DNA from: Chloroflexota bacterium
GTDB taxonomy: Bacteria > Chloroflexota > UBA6077 > JACCZL01
DNA: 54,265 nucleotides
Direction of reading: 5' to 3'
Assembly: GCA_046154735.1 (NCBI GenBank)
Contig: JBJXFJ010000108.1
Span: 1-54,265, forward strand
Positions 17,643 to 27,634 of this stretch are shown here, piece by piece (the first letter of the stretch is position 1; each line of letters opens with the position of its first letter). The translations under genes were made by a program, and so were the position numbers. Below the pieces are notes generated by a model. That model was not told where the DNA came from, searched no databases, and worked only from the letters and a program-made list of their open reading frames with translations.

Positions 17643-19352
17643 GTGACCGACGACCAGACCGAAAACTCCACCAAACCGCCGGCATCGCCCTCAAGCGATG
17701 CTGGTTCTCATCGCATCTCGATTAGCGATGACATTGAGATCTCAACGTATCTAGAGATCGGTACTGCCGGTTCAAAGTCTGCCTCGGCATCAAGCACCGC
17801 TCGTGAACCTATCACCCGTGATTGCATCGCGGTCATCCACTTTGGCTCCCAGTACAGCCAGCTCATTACCCGCCGGATTCGCGAGCTTCACGTTTACTCA
17901 GAACTGCTCCCTCACAACGTCTCCGAAGAGCGAGTAAAGGCGCTCAATCCTAAAGGGTTCATCCTCTCCGGCGGCCCATCCAGCGTATACGATGAGCATG
18001 CTCCGACGATTCCACGCTTCATCCTCGATAGCGGCAAGCCGATTTTGGGTGTGTGCTACGGGATGCAGGCACTCGTCCATCAGCTTGATGGCGTGGTCGC
18101 CCCAAGCGACAAGAGAGAGTATGGCCACGCCGTGCTCAATGTCGCGGACAGCAAGTCACCACTCTTTGAAGGTCTGCCGGATCGATTCCCCGTCTGGATG
18201 AGCCACGGCGACGCTATCACTCGCCTCCCCCAGGGCCTGAAACCGATTGCACACAGCGACAATTCCCCGGTTGCTGCCATGAGTGACGGAAATAGCCTGT
18301 ACGGCTTACAGTTCCATCCGGAAGTCGTCCACACGGCCAATGGAAAGGAGCTGCTCGCCAACTTCGCATTTCGGGTGTGTGGCTGTGAGGCGTCCTGGAC
18401 GCCAGACACCTTTATCGAGACTAACATTGAGGAAATCAGAGGGCGAGTAGGCAGCGGCCGCGTGATTTGCGCTCTCTCCGGCGGCGTTGATTCAGCGGTG
18501 GTCGCGAGTCTGCTTCATCGCGCCATTGGTGACCAGCTTATCTGCATCTTCGTGAACACGGGATTACTCAGGCGTGGGGAAGCCGAGCGCGTGGTTGCCA
18601 CGTTTGACCAGAATATGCAAATGAATCTACGCCACGTTGACGCCACGGGCCGGTTTGTGAGTCGTCTCGCGGGCATCATCGACCCCGAGGAGAAACGCAA
18701 GGCCATTGGCGATGAGTTCATCCAGGTCTTCCGCGAAATTGCCGGTGAATATGGTGACCATGACTTTCTCGCTCAGGGCACGCTCTACCCCGATGTGATC
18801 GAGAGCGCGGGCTCCGGCCTAGGGGCTGAGCACGTCATAAAGTCACATCACAATGTGGGTGGATTGCCCAAGGACCTCCCCTTTGAGCTGGTGGAGCCTC
18901 TGCGCTATCTCTTCAAGGATGAGGTCCGCGAGGTCGGTATTGCCCTAGGACTGCCTGAGGACATGGTCTGGCGACAGCCATTCCCCGGTCCCGGCCTGGC
19001 CATACGTATCATTGGCGAAGTCACGTCGGAGCGGCTGGAGAAGGCCCGCGGCGCGGACTTCATTGTGATGGATGAGATCCGCCAGGCGGGGCTATACCGC
19101 CAGGTCTGGCAGAGTTTTGCCGTGATCACGCCGGTGCGCACGGTGGGCGTCATGGGCGACAAACGCACTTATCATGAAGTTGTCGCCGTGCGGATTGTCA
19201 CGAGCGATGATGGCATGACGGCCGATTGGGCCCGCGTGCCGTACGACTTGTTGGCGCGCATCTCCAACCGAATCGTGAACGAGGTTCCCGGGGTGAATCG
19301 GGTGGTCTACGATATCAGCTCCAAGCCTCCAGGAACGATTGAGTGGGAATAA
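17643..19352 (+). CDS. guaA: GMP synthase (glutamine-hydrolysing), with ~55-aa low-complexity N-terminal extension
   Basis: GATase motifs GVCYGMQ and QFHPEV, ATP-PPase P-loop SGGVDS, and C-terminal [12 protein letters not shown] 17643 is the only canonical in-frame start before the conserved core. Confidence 0.9.
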   Translation: MTDDQTENSTKPPASPSSDAGSHRISISDDIEISTYLEIGTAGSKSASASSTAREPITRDCIAVIHFGSQYSQLITRRIRELHVYSELLPHNVSEERVKALNPKGFILSGGPSSVYDEHAPTIPRFILDSGKPILGVCYGMQALVHQLDGVVAPSDKREYGHAVLNVADSKSPLFEGLPDRFPVWMSHGDAITRLPQGLKPIAHSDNSPVAAMSDGNSLYGLQFHPEVVHTANGKELLANFAFRVCGCEASWTPDTFIETNIEEIRGRVGSGRVICALSGGVDSAVVASLLHRAIGDQLICIFVNTGLLRRGEAERVVATFDQNMQMNLRHVDATGRFVSRLAGIIDPEEKRKAIGDEFIQVFREIAGEYGDHDFLAQGTLYPDVIESAGSGLGAEHVIKSHHNVGGLPKDLPFELVEPLRYLFKDEVREVGIALGLPEDMVWRQPFPGPGLAIRIIGEVTSERLEKARGADFIVMDEIRQAGLYRQVWQSFAVITPVRTVGVMGDKRTYHEVVAVRIVTSDDGMTADWARVPYDLLARISNRIVNEVPGVNRVVYDISSKPPGTIEWE

Positions 19353-19640
19353 GCCGAATGAGTTCCCAGAGACCTAGCATGTGCCGTCCAGCCGTCGCAA
19401 GGCCAGCCATTTTCTCAGGCATGCGTCAGGGTTTCCCGTCCCCACTGGGAGCGCCGCCATCCCTTGCGGCCCGGCCGTCGAGGCCGCACCTCGACATCCC
19501 AAGCGGCGACCGGGAGTCCGGACGGGAGCGCTCCGAGTGGGGGCGGGCCGGCTTTGCCCCCGGAGGGCCGGGAATCTTTGAACCGTACCCCGTTCACTCA
19601 GGCACGTCAGGGTGTGTTCCCAGGGACTGATTTGGCAGCG

Positions 19641-20939
19641 ATGAACGTCCTAGTCGTTGGAAACGGCAGCCGCGAGCACGCCATTTGCTGGAAATTGCGA
19701 CAGAGCCCGCACCTGGGATTGCTCTTTTGCGCTCCGGGAAATGCCGGCACACGCTTGGTAGCGGAGAATGTTGCCCTGAATCCTGCGGACCATCAGTCGA
19801 TGGCCTTGTGGTGTCGCACAACGGCGATCGACCTCGTCATCATTGGCCCAGAGGCTCCGCTGGCAGACGGATTGGCGGACTCCCTTTCTGGTGCAGGGCT
19901 GCTGGTCTTCGGACCGAGCGCCGCCGCTGCGAGGATCGAGAGTAGCAAGATCTGGACAAAGGAATTCGCCCGTCGGCACGGCATTCCCAGTGCCCATGCC
20001 CTGGCCACGGCAGAATTTGAGCAGGCCATGGCGGCCCTTGAGCAGTTCAGCTTCCCGATGGTCATTAAAGCGGATGGCTTGGCAGCCGGTAAGGGTGTGG
20101 CTATTGTGGAGAGCTCGGCCTCAGCAGAAGCAATAGTGCGCGGCTATTTGCTGGAGGACCAGCTTGGCCCAGCCGGGAAGAACCTGCTCGTCGAGGAGTT
20201 TCTTGAGGGCGTGGAGGTTTCGCTTCTGGCGTTTACCGATGGCGAGCGGTATGCCCCCATGCCACCGGCTCGGGATCACAAACGGATCTCTGACGGCGAT
20301 CGTGGGCCGAATACCGGCGGAATGGGCGCCTTTGCGCCGGTTCCGGACGTTGACGTGGCAGCGCTCGCAGATCAGTTTATCGGACCGGCGGTGCGAGGAC
20401 TCGCGGAGGAGGGGCACCCATTCCGGGGCGTCCTGTACGCGGGTCTCATGCTCACCACCAGCGGACCGAAACTCATTGAATACAACTGCCGCTTTGGAGA
20501 TCCGGAAACGCAGGTGCTGTTGCCTCTGTTAGAGACTGATCTACTCGAGATCTGCGAGGCGGTCGCTCAAGGCAAGCTCGATCCAGCCGCGGTCACCTGG
20601 CGCGACGACACGGCGTGCGGCGTGGTCATGGCCGCCTCGGGTTATCCGGGCACCGTCCGCTCGGGCGATGTGGTTCAGGGCTTTGAAAGTGTGCCCTCCG
20701 ACGTGAAGGTCTTCCAGGCCGGAACAACCGTTGATAGCAACGGCCGCACGGTGACAGCAGGCGGCCGCGTGCTCACGGTTACCGGTTTAGGCGCGAACAT
20801 TGACGAGGCCCGAGCCCGAGCATACGCCGGCGTCGAAGCACTATCATTCGACGGCGCGCAAATTCGCAGCGATATTGGGCTCCCCACGGATCGGCAAGCG
20901 CGCGGCATGAGCCCCACGATGACAGGAACGGACGCATGA
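19641..20939 (+). CDS. purD: phosphoribosylamine--glycine ligase
   Basis: MNVLVVGNGSREHAICWKL N-terminus with an ATP-grasp body. Start moved from 19464 to ATG 19641. The upstream 59 codons are GC-rich, repeat-like spacer. Confidence 0.9.
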   Translation: MNVLVVGNGSREHAICWKLRQSPHLGLLFCAPGNAGTRLVAENVALNPADHQSMALWCRTTAIDLVIIGPEAPLADGLADSLSGAGLLVFGPSAAAARIESSKIWTKEFARRHGIPSAHALATAEFEQAMAALEQFSFPMVIKADGLAAGKGVAIVESSASAEAIVRGYLLEDQLGPAGKNLLVEEFLEGVEVSLLAFTDGERYAPMPPARDHKRISDGDRGPNTGGMGAFAPVPDVDVAALADQFIGPAVRGLAEEGHPFRGVLYAGLMLTTSGPKLIEYNCRFGDPETQVLLPLLETDLLEICEAVAQGKLDPAAVTWRDDTACGVVMAASGYPGTVRSGDVVQGFESVPSDVKVFQAGTTVDSNGRTVTAGGRVLTVTGLGANIDEARARAYAGVEALSFDGAQIRSDIGLPTDRQARGMSPTMTGTDA

Positions 20940-22228
20940 TTCCTCGCTACTCCAACCCTGAGATGGCCCGCGTGTGGTCTGATGAGCACAAGATGGAAGT
21001 CTGGCTGAGGGTGGAGATTGCCGCATGTGAGGCCTGGGCAGCCGCGGGCACAATCCCTGAGTCAGACATGGTCCAGATCCGCGAGGCCACCTTTGACATG
21101 GCGCGCTGGGACGAGCTCTACCGCGAGACGCATCATGATGTCATTGCCTTCATCCGCACGGTGTCCGAGCGCATCGGCCCGGCGGGCCGATGGATCCACT
21201 ATGGGATGACGTCACAGGATGTCTGGGACACGTCCACATGCATGCAGATGATGGAAGCCGCGGAGCTTCTGGAACGCGATCTGGACGCACTGGAAACCGC
21301 GGTTACGACACTGGCGGTGCGTTACAAGGACACCCCGGAAATTGGGCGCACACATGGCGTGCACGCAGAGCCTACGACGTTTGGCCACAAGCTGACTGTC
21401 TGGATTGATCAACATCGTCTTAATCGTCAGAGAATGCGACGGGCACGTGAAGAGATTTCTATCGGCATGTTTTCCGGTGCAGTTGGCACCCATGCCAACG
21501 TTCCGCCCGAAATCGAGGAGCACGCGTGCGCCATCCTCAATCTCACCCCGGCCCCCGCCTCATCTCAAATTATCCAGCGTGATCGCCATGCCGCGTACAT
21601 GACCGCCCTGGCGGTGGTGGCCGCCACTCTGGAACAGCAGGCGCTCGAGATTCGACTACTTCAGCGCACCGAAGTCAGCGAGGTAGCGGAACCCTTTGGC
21701 GCCGGCCAGCAAGGATCATCGGCTATGCCGCACAAGCGCAACCCAGAACTGGTGGAGCGCATCTGCGGACTAGCGCGGGTCGTCAGGGCTAATGCCATTC
21801 CTGCTTTGGAGAACGTGGCCCTCTGGCATGAGCGTGATATCAGCCACTCCTCGGTGGAGCGCATCATTCTGCCTGACTCATGCATTGCATTGGATTACAT
21901 CATCCAAATGTTCACCGGTATCGTCCGAGATCTGGATGTCTATCCGGAACAGATGCGCGCGAATCTCGAATCAACCCGTGGACTAATCTACTCAGGTCGA
22001 GTACTCATTGCCCTGGTGGAAGCAGGCATGCAGCGGAACGATGCCTACCAGCTCATTCAGAGCTATGCCAAGCGCGTCTGGGCAGGCGATGGCGATTTAC
22101 AGACACATCTCACCACTGACCCCAAAGTGCGTGAGCTGCTGAACACGGATACCGTCTCTGAGCTTTTTTCACTGGACTATCACTTGCGACACATCGACGT
22201 GCCATTTAAACGACTCGGTCTTCTATAA
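20936..22228 (+). CDS. purB: adenylosuccinate lyase
   Basis: Fumarate-lyase signature GSSAMPHKRNP. 4-nt overlap with purD. Confidence 0.9.
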   Translation: MIPRYSNPEMARVWSDEHKMEVWLRVEIAACEAWAAAGTIPESDMVQIREATFDMARWDELYRETHHDVIAFIRTVSERIGPAGRWIHYGMTSQDVWDTSTCMQMMEAAELLERDLDALETAVTTLAVRYKDTPEIGRTHGVHAEPTTFGHKLTVWIDQHRLNRQRMRRAREEISIGMFSGAVGTHANVPPEIEEHACAILNLTPAPASSQIIQRDRHAAYMTALAVVAATLEQQALEIRLLQRTEVSEVAEPFGAGQQGSSAMPHKRNPELVERICGLARVVRANAIPALENVALWHERDISHSSVERIILPDSCIALDYIIQMFTGIVRDLDVYPEQMRANLESTRGLIYSGRVLIALVEAGMQRNDAYQLIQSYAKRVWAGDGDLQTHLTTDPKVRELLNTDTVSELFSLDYHLRHIDVPFKRLGLL

Positions 22229-22230
22229 TC

Positions 22231-23142
22231 ATGCACCCCTGTCTTAGTTCGGGTGCGGACTTCCCTCCCCCGCTGTCCAAACCAGATCTCCCCGGGTTGC
22301 CGGTCTTCTCTCGAGGTAAGGTTCGGGACATGATTGATCTGGGCGACCATTTACTCATGGTCGCCAGTGATCGCGTCTCCGCGTTTGATGTGATCATGCG
22401 TGAGCCGATTCCGGGCAAAGGAATCGTCCTCACATCCTTCTCCGAGTTCTGGTTTGAACAGACTCGAAAAATCATCCAAAACCATCTGGTAAGTGCCAAC
22501 GTGTCTGACTTCCCGTCGGCCGTCGAGCCCTATAAGGAGTTGCTCGAGGGACGAGCAATGCTCGTGCGCAAGGCGCAGCGCATCGATATCGAGTGCGTCG
22601 TGCGCGGCTACATCGCGGGTTCCGCATGGGCTGAATATCGGCGGCATGGAACGATGGCTGGTGAGCCGCTACCCGCCGGACTCATGGAATCCGAGCGCCT
22701 GCCGGCGCCGCTCTTCACTCCCGCAACCAAATCCGATACTGGCCACGATGAGAATATTTCAATGTCACACATGCGAGAAGCGGTCGGCGCTACGCTCGCA
22801 GATCAACTGCGTGACGTCAGCGTCGCCTTGTACAGCTTTGCGGAGAAGCATGCGCGGAAGCGCGGCATCATTCTGGCGGACACAAAATTCGAGTTTGGGC
22901 TCATCGATGGCGAGATCACGCTCATAGACGAGGTGTTGACACCAGACTCGAGTCGATTTTGGCCCGCGAATGTTTATATGCAAGGCCGCTCACAGGAAAG
23001 TTTTGACAAGCAATACTTGCGCGACTATCTGGAGTCTACCGGTTGGAACAAAGAGCCTCCTCCGCCCGCGCTACCAGACGAAGTGATCCAACAAACGGCC
23101 GAGAAATATCGAGAGGCATACCAGCGTGTTGTGGCTCGCTAA
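22231..23142 (+). CDS. purC: phosphoribosylaminoimidazole-succinocarboxamide (SAICAR) synthase
   Basis: GKVRDMIDLGDHLLMVASDRVSAFD and the rest of a SAICAR synthetase layout. The start lies 2 nt after the purB stop. Confidence 0.9.
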   Translation: MHPCLSSGADFPPPLSKPDLPGLPVFSRGKVRDMIDLGDHLLMVASDRVSAFDVIMREPIPGKGIVLTSFSEFWFEQTRKIIQNHLVSANVSDFPSAVEPYKELLEGRAMLVRKAQRIDIECVVRGYIAGSAWAEYRRHGTMAGEPLPAGLMESERLPAPLFTPATKSDTGHDENISMSHMREAVGATLADQLRDVSVALYSFAEKHARKRGIILADTKFEFGLIDGEITLIDEVLTPDSSRFWPANVYMQGRSQESFDKQYLRDYLESTGWNKEPPPPALPDEVIQQTAEKYREAYQRVVAR

Positions 23143-23380
23143 GGTCAACATCGTTCTCAAGCCCGTGGTCAACGATCCAGAGGGACTGGCAATTCAGAGC
23201 GGACTGAAATCCCTTGGGTTCGATGACGTTGCCGAGGTCCGCTCCGGCAAGCTCATTGAAGTTCGACTCGAGGCACCCGATCGAAAATCCGCACGTGAGC
23301 AGGTTGTGAGCATGTGTCGCAAGCTGCTCGCAAATCCGGTAATTGAGGACTATCGGTTTACGGTCGGGGAAATGAAGTGA
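23126..23380 (+). CDS. purS: phosphoribosylformylglycinamidine synthase subunit PurS
   Basis: 84-aa product AKVNIVLKPVVNDPEGLAIQSGLKSLGFDDVAEVRSGKLIEV... typical of PurS. GTG start overlapping the purC end. Confidence 0.8.
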   Translation: MLWLAKVNIVLKPVVNDPEGLAIQSGLKSLGFDDVAEVRSGKLIEVRLEAPDRKSAREQVVSMCRKLLANPVIEDYRFTVGEMK

Positions 23381-23436
23381 GACTCACAGCGGTCACCGGC
23401 CGAGAGCGGCTTTGAAATCGATCCACGGTGATCTAC

Positions 23437-23550
23437 CTAGTACAGAGGAGTGGATGTAGCACAGTATCCGGTTCGACCGGGCCGGACTATCGGGCAAGAT
23501 GCCCGACACCGCCCCAGAATTCCCGAGCTACATCCGCCAAGTTGTACTAG
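23437..23550. repeat. 114-bp truncated/divergent member of the palindromic repeat family
   Basis: CTAG...CTAG termini. Shares ACTATCGGGCAAGATGCCCGACACC and CCAAGTTG-N-ACTAG with the right arm of the 2073-2251 copy. It has only one half of the inner inverted repeat. Confidence 0.6.
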
Positions 23551-23580
23551 TACGGGACAACTCGACGCACGACTTTGAAG

Positions 23581-24423
23581 CTAAGACGACGTCGTCGCTA
23601 CTGGCATCTGCACCCTCTTCATTACCTTGCGAAGCTCTGTGAGTACGGATATGGGAACATGCTGAGAACCGATCGCTGCCCCTCGATCTCTGCCGTGGGA
23701 ATCGGAACCACCAGTGGTCAATAGTCCCAATTTATCAGCAGCGTCCAGAAAATGGTTCCGAACACCATCGTCGTGAGCCACTGTCCAGCATTCAATACCA
23801 TCCAGCCCGGCACCGATCAGAGACGCCAGGTCGTGCGCCTCAAGTAACGGCTTGCCCCGAGTAGCCTTTCCGGGGTGCGCGAGAATCGCGGCGCCACCCG
23901 CTGCGTGAATGAGTGCAATTCCATTTTCGATCGAGGCCGTCGCTGGCTGCTCTGCGGCACGGCGAAGGAATTGCCACGGATTGGGCAGTCTCCCGAGGCC
24001 GCGCGCACGCGTTATTGCCAGAACTACTGACGTACCCGTTGGATATCGGCTGTGAGCTCGTTGGAGCGCAGAAAGCGGAATATCCTGGCCTGCGTCACGT
24101 AGTTCTTCCAGGAGCATCCCAACGTGCACCCGCATGGCTCGTTCCGCTGCGCTAAACTGAGCTTCGATGAGCGGGTGGGTATAGTCGAAGCCGTAACCAA
24201 GCAGGTGGACCACCCGCCGCCCCCAGCGTACGGTCAGCTCAACCGCGGGAATCACCTCTACTCCCCGCCGACGGCCTTCCGACACCGCCTCCTGCGTACC
24301 CCCGACCACGTCGTGATCAGCGATTGCAATTGCCGTGAGCCCTTGTTCAGCGGCACGCTGCACAACCTCAGTCGGAGACAATCGGCCATCGGACCAGGTG
24401 GAGTGGAGGTGGAGATCGATCAA
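23581..24423 (-). CDS. PHP-domain metal-dependent phosphoesterase (TrpH/YciV-like)
   Basis: MIDLHLHSTWSDGRLSPTEVVQRAAEQGLTAIAIADHD and later His/Asp ligands (HPGKA, GGSDSHG). TTG start. Confidence 0.8.
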   Translation of the reverse strand: MIDLHLHSTWSDGRLSPTEVVQRAAEQGLTAIAIADHDVVGGTQEAVSEGRRRGVEVIPAVELTVRWGRRVVHLLGYGFDYTHPLIEAQFSAAERAMRVHVGMLLEELRDAGQDIPLSALQRAHSRYPTGTSVVLAITRARGLGRLPNPWQFLRRAAEQPATASIENGIALIHAAGGAAILAHPGKATRGKPLLEAHDLASLIGAGLDGIECWTVAHDDGVRNHFLDAADKLGLLTTGGSDSHGRDRGAAIGSQHVPISVLTELRKVMKRVQMPVATTSS

Positions 24424-24603
24424 TAGGAATGACCTGCGGGGTGTGGTGCCGGTGTCATCGCAATCCTGGAAAAGTCATTCATGCCTGAGGTCAGGCTCGC
24501 GTCCGGGGACATGGAGATCTCCCCGGTCACCCCGTGTTGATCTCTTGAGTCGCGAGCTAGCAGCTCGCCTCCACCGACTATCAGATCCCCAAAAGTGCAC
24601 CGG

Positions 24604-25197
24604 CTAATCAAGCGCGCCTTTTGTGCTCGGAATCTCACCCGCGATGCGCTCATCGTAGCGCGTGGCATCATCCAGTGCCCGGGCCACTGACTTGAACGCG
24701 GACTCCACGCGGTGGTGATCGTTGGCGCCCAGCATTGAGTGGACATGGAGCGTGACACGAGCTTCCTGGGCAAGTGAGAGAAAGAAATGCGGCACCATTT
24801 CCGTAGCTAGCGTGCCCAGAGATGGTCCCTTTAACCCCAGCTCAACGAAGGCATTGCCACGGCCGCTGAGATCCACCGAGGCCATGGAGAGCGCCTCGTC
24901 GAGCGGAACAATGGCGTGCCCAAAGCGACGAATCCCGCGACGCTCACCGAGCGCTTCGGCGAGTGCTCGACCTAAACCGATGCCAATATCCTCCACCGTG
25001 TGATGGTCGTCAATGTGCAGGTCACCCTTAGCCTGAACGGTAATATCAAATCGACCATGGCGAGCCAGGCTTTCCAGCATGTGGTCGAGAAATCCAATGC
25101 CGGTTGAGATGTTGGCCACGCCGGTGCCGTCCACGTCCCACCGAACGGCTATGCTCGTTTCACGGGTTTCTCGGCTGCTGGTCCCGACTCGACTCAT
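24604..25197 (-). CDS. hisB: imidazoleglycerol-phosphate dehydratase (monofunctional)
   Basis: HIDDHHTVEDIGIGLG and GANDHHRVESAFK motifs. At 197 aa there is no HAD phosphatase domain. Confidence 0.9.
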   Translation of the reverse strand: MSRVGTSSRETRETSIAVRWDVDGTGVANISTGIGFLDHMLESLARHGRFDITVQAKGDLHIDDHHTVEDIGIGLGRALAEALGERRGIRRFGHAIVPLDEALSMASVDLSGRGNAFVELGLKGPSLGTLATEMVPHFFLSLAQEARVTLHVHSMLGANDHHRVESAFKSVARALDDATRYDERIAGEIPSTKGALD

Positions 25198-26297
25198 TGA
25201 ACGGGAGCCTTGCGGAGCATCTCGATTAGGCGATCCGTTTGTGGCGGTGTTCCCACGCTAATGCGGATGAATTTGCGCAGTCGTTCTGAGTTGTAGAAGC
25301 GAACCAGAATTCCCTGATCGGCGAGATATCGCGTTAGCTCCGAACCTAAGATACCTTCCGCACGCACAAGAATGAAATTGGCCGCGGACGGGTATGGTGT
25401 CAGGTAGTCAATACTACTGAGCAATTCCATCAACCGTCGCTGCTCAGAAACAATGGCGCGGACGTTCGCCTCGAGCCAGGCACGATCATTGAGCGATGCT
25501 TCCATCGCAATGACTGCCGCCTGGTTGATATTGAACGGCGCTTTCAGCTTCCACATGTGCGGGGAGAGGCTGGAAGGCAGGATCGCGTAACCCAATCGGA
25601 GTCCCGCCAGACCAGCCCATTTGCTGAAGGTACGCAGAAGCACCAGGTTGTCACGCTCCGCAACCATGGATGCCAGCGACTCACCCCGAAATTCGGCATA
25701 GGCTTCGTCAACCACGACCAGGACACCGGTGTCGAGCAACCGCTCCACAAGCTCTCGGGAGACGGGGTTCCCAGTCGGATTGTTAGGCGAGGCGAGAAAC
25801 GTGATCTTAGTCTTTGGCGTGATCGCCCTCAGCGCAGCACCCAGATCGATGTCGAAGCGCTCGTCTCGAGGCACGTCAATGAGTGGAGCCTCATACTGTT
25901 GAGCCACAAATGCGTAAACGCCGAACGTCGGCGAAAAGTCCACGACCTCGTCGCCCGGGTTGAGCACCGCACGCATGAGGAGATCAATCAGCTCATCTGA
26001 CCCGTTGCCCAGAAATAGCTGCTCTGGCCCCACACCCACGTATTCTGAGAGGACGTTGCGCGCATGCTCCTGATCCGGATCTGGGTAAATGTGATAACCA
26101 CTGAATTCCGCGAGTGACTGATTTACCATTGGCGAAGCGCCGTAGGGGTTCTCGTTAGCATCAAGCTTGATTACCTTGCTAACAGGAATCCCGAGACGGC
26201 GAGCGAGCCTATCAGGGTCTTCCGGTGGGGAGTACGGCGTCATCGAGGCGACAGCGTTGCGAATGAGTGAACGCGGTCGCGGTGGCGGAGTCGTCAT
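25194..26297 (-). CDS. hisC: histidinol-phosphate aminotransferase
   Basis: Class-II aminotransferase with PLP-lysine region TFSKWAGLAGLRLGY. 4-nt overlaps with hisB and hisD. Confidence 0.9.
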   Translation of the reverse strand: MTTPPPRPRSLIRNAVASMTPYSPPEDPDRLARRLGIPVSKVIKLDANENPYGASPMVNQSLAEFSGYHIYPDPDQEHARNVLSEYVGVGPEQLFLGNGSDELIDLLMRAVLNPGDEVVDFSPTFGVYAFVAQQYEAPLIDVPRDERFDIDLGAALRAITPKTKITFLASPNNPTGNPVSRELVERLLDTGVLVVVDEAYAEFRGESLASMVAERDNLVLLRTFSKWAGLAGLRLGYAILPSSLSPHMWKLKAPFNINQAAVIAMEASLNDRAWLEANVRAIVSEQRRLMELLSSIDYLTPYPSAANFILVRAEGILGSELTRYLADQGILVRFYNSERLRKFIRISVGTPPQTDRLIEMLRKAPVQ

Positions 26298-27634
26298 TGT
26301 AGATCCTTCAATCGCAGCTCGATAGCGTACGCGTGACCATGGAGCCCCTCAGCCCGAGCAAGATCCATGGCTGGCGGACCGAGACGCTTCACGTCCGATT
26401 CGCCCATCGCAAAGACGGAAGTTATCTTGACGAAGTCATCCAGGCTCACCGGTGACGCAAAGCGGGCAGTGCCCCCCGTTGGCATGATGTGACTTGGACC
26501 GGCCGAGTAGTCGCCGATACTCTCCGCAGCAAGCTCCCCCACAAAGACGCCACCCGCGTTGCGCACTGACGGGAGCCAACGCCAGGGATCGCGAGTGCAG
26601 ATGGCCATGTGCTCAGGAGCATACATATTGGCCAACTCCATCGCCTCTTCAATGGACGAAGTGACCACGGTCATACCACGTGCAGCAAGTGATTCGCGCA
26701 TAATCTGCGCCCTGGGCGCCTGCTCAAGCTGCCTCTGCGCGGCAGCCAACACGTCATCAATAACTTGCGCGGACGTGGCCAGAAGCACCGGTTGAGCCAT
26801 CGGGTCATGCTCCGCCTGGGCCAACAGGTCGGAGGCAAGGTACTCCACATTTGCATGCTCGTCGGCAATCAGCACGCATTCAGTTGGCCCAGGCAACCCA
26901 TCAATTCCCACAAAACCATTCACGAGCCGCTTCGCCGCCACGACGAATAGATTTCCGGGGCCCACGATCTTATCCACACGCTCCACAGAATTCGTGCCAA
27001 GCGCGAGCGCGGCGATAGCCTGAGCGCCGCCAAGTCGGTAAACACTGTGGGCGCCAGCCAGGTAGGCAGCAGCCAGGAGCACCTCTGAGATTTCACCATT
27101 GGGTCCGGGAGGTGACGCTACCACGATCTCTTCCACACCAGCCACGCGTGCTGGGATGGCCGCCATGAGAACTGAGCTGGGATAGGGCGCACGGCCGCCG
27201 GGTGCATAGATCCCCACGCGCTGGAGCGGCCGGATAATCTGTCCGAGCGCACCATCACCTCGGTAGTCCAACCATGAATTACGGCGGGCGCGCTCGTGAA
27301 AGTCACGCAATCGATCGGCGGCCACCTGCAGGGCATTTCGCAGTGACGCGTCGATCGCATCCCAGGCGATCGCGAGCCGCTCCGGAGGAACAATAAGGTC
27401 CGACAGCTCGACACCATCAATGACCTGGCTGTAATGCCTGAGCGCGACATCACCCCTGGCAGCCACGTCCGCGATGATCCGGCGCGCAACTTCCTCCACG
27501 CCAATGCGCTCGCCAAATACTTCCGCAATGCGTGCCTGAACGGCCTCCGGCAAGGGGACGTCATCAATCATGCGCTGCTTCACAATGGCGGATCGGGCTG
27601 CCTCAGCACTCTCAAATCGGCGAATCTCGATCAT
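26294..27634 (-). CDS. hisD: histidinol dehydrogenase
   Basis: LLAQAEHDP and IGDYSAGPSHIMPTGGTARF motifs. Confidence 0.9.
   Translation of the reverse strand: MIEIRRFESAEAARSAIVKQRMIDDVPLPEAVQARIAEVFGERIGVEEVARRIIADVAARGDVALRHYSQVIDGVELSDLIVPPERLAIAWDAIDASLRNALQVAADRLRDFHERARRNSWLDYRGDGALGQIIRPLQRVGIYAPGGRAPYPSSVLMAAIPARVAGVEEIVVASPPGPNGEISEVLLAAAYLAGAHSVYRLGGAQAIAALALGTNSVERVDKIVGPGNLFVVAAKRLVNGFVGIDGLPGPTECVLIADEHANVEYLASDLLAQAEHDPMAQPVLLATSAQVIDDVLAAAQRQLEQAPRAQIMRESLAARGMTVVTSSIEEAMELANMYAPEHMAICTRDPWRWLPSVRNAGGVFVGELAAESIGDYSAGPSHIMPTGGTARFASPVSLDDFVKITSVFAMGESDVKRLGPPAMDLARAEGLHGHAYAIELRLKDLQ

Noticed and set aside
19353-19640. ZTP/purine-type riboswitch upstream of purD
   Set aside because: The spacer is GC-rich and hairpin-dense. 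It lacks the conserved ZTP (GGGTCGTGAC...CCGCCTGGGC) and purine-riboswitch loop sequences, and it looks like repeat-family insertions.
23461-23490. tRNA-like T-arm (CCGGTTCGACCGG)
   Set aside because: It has a 4-bp stem with a 5-nt loop only. No acceptor, D or anticodon arms can be drawn from the flanks. It lies inside the truncated palindromic repeat.
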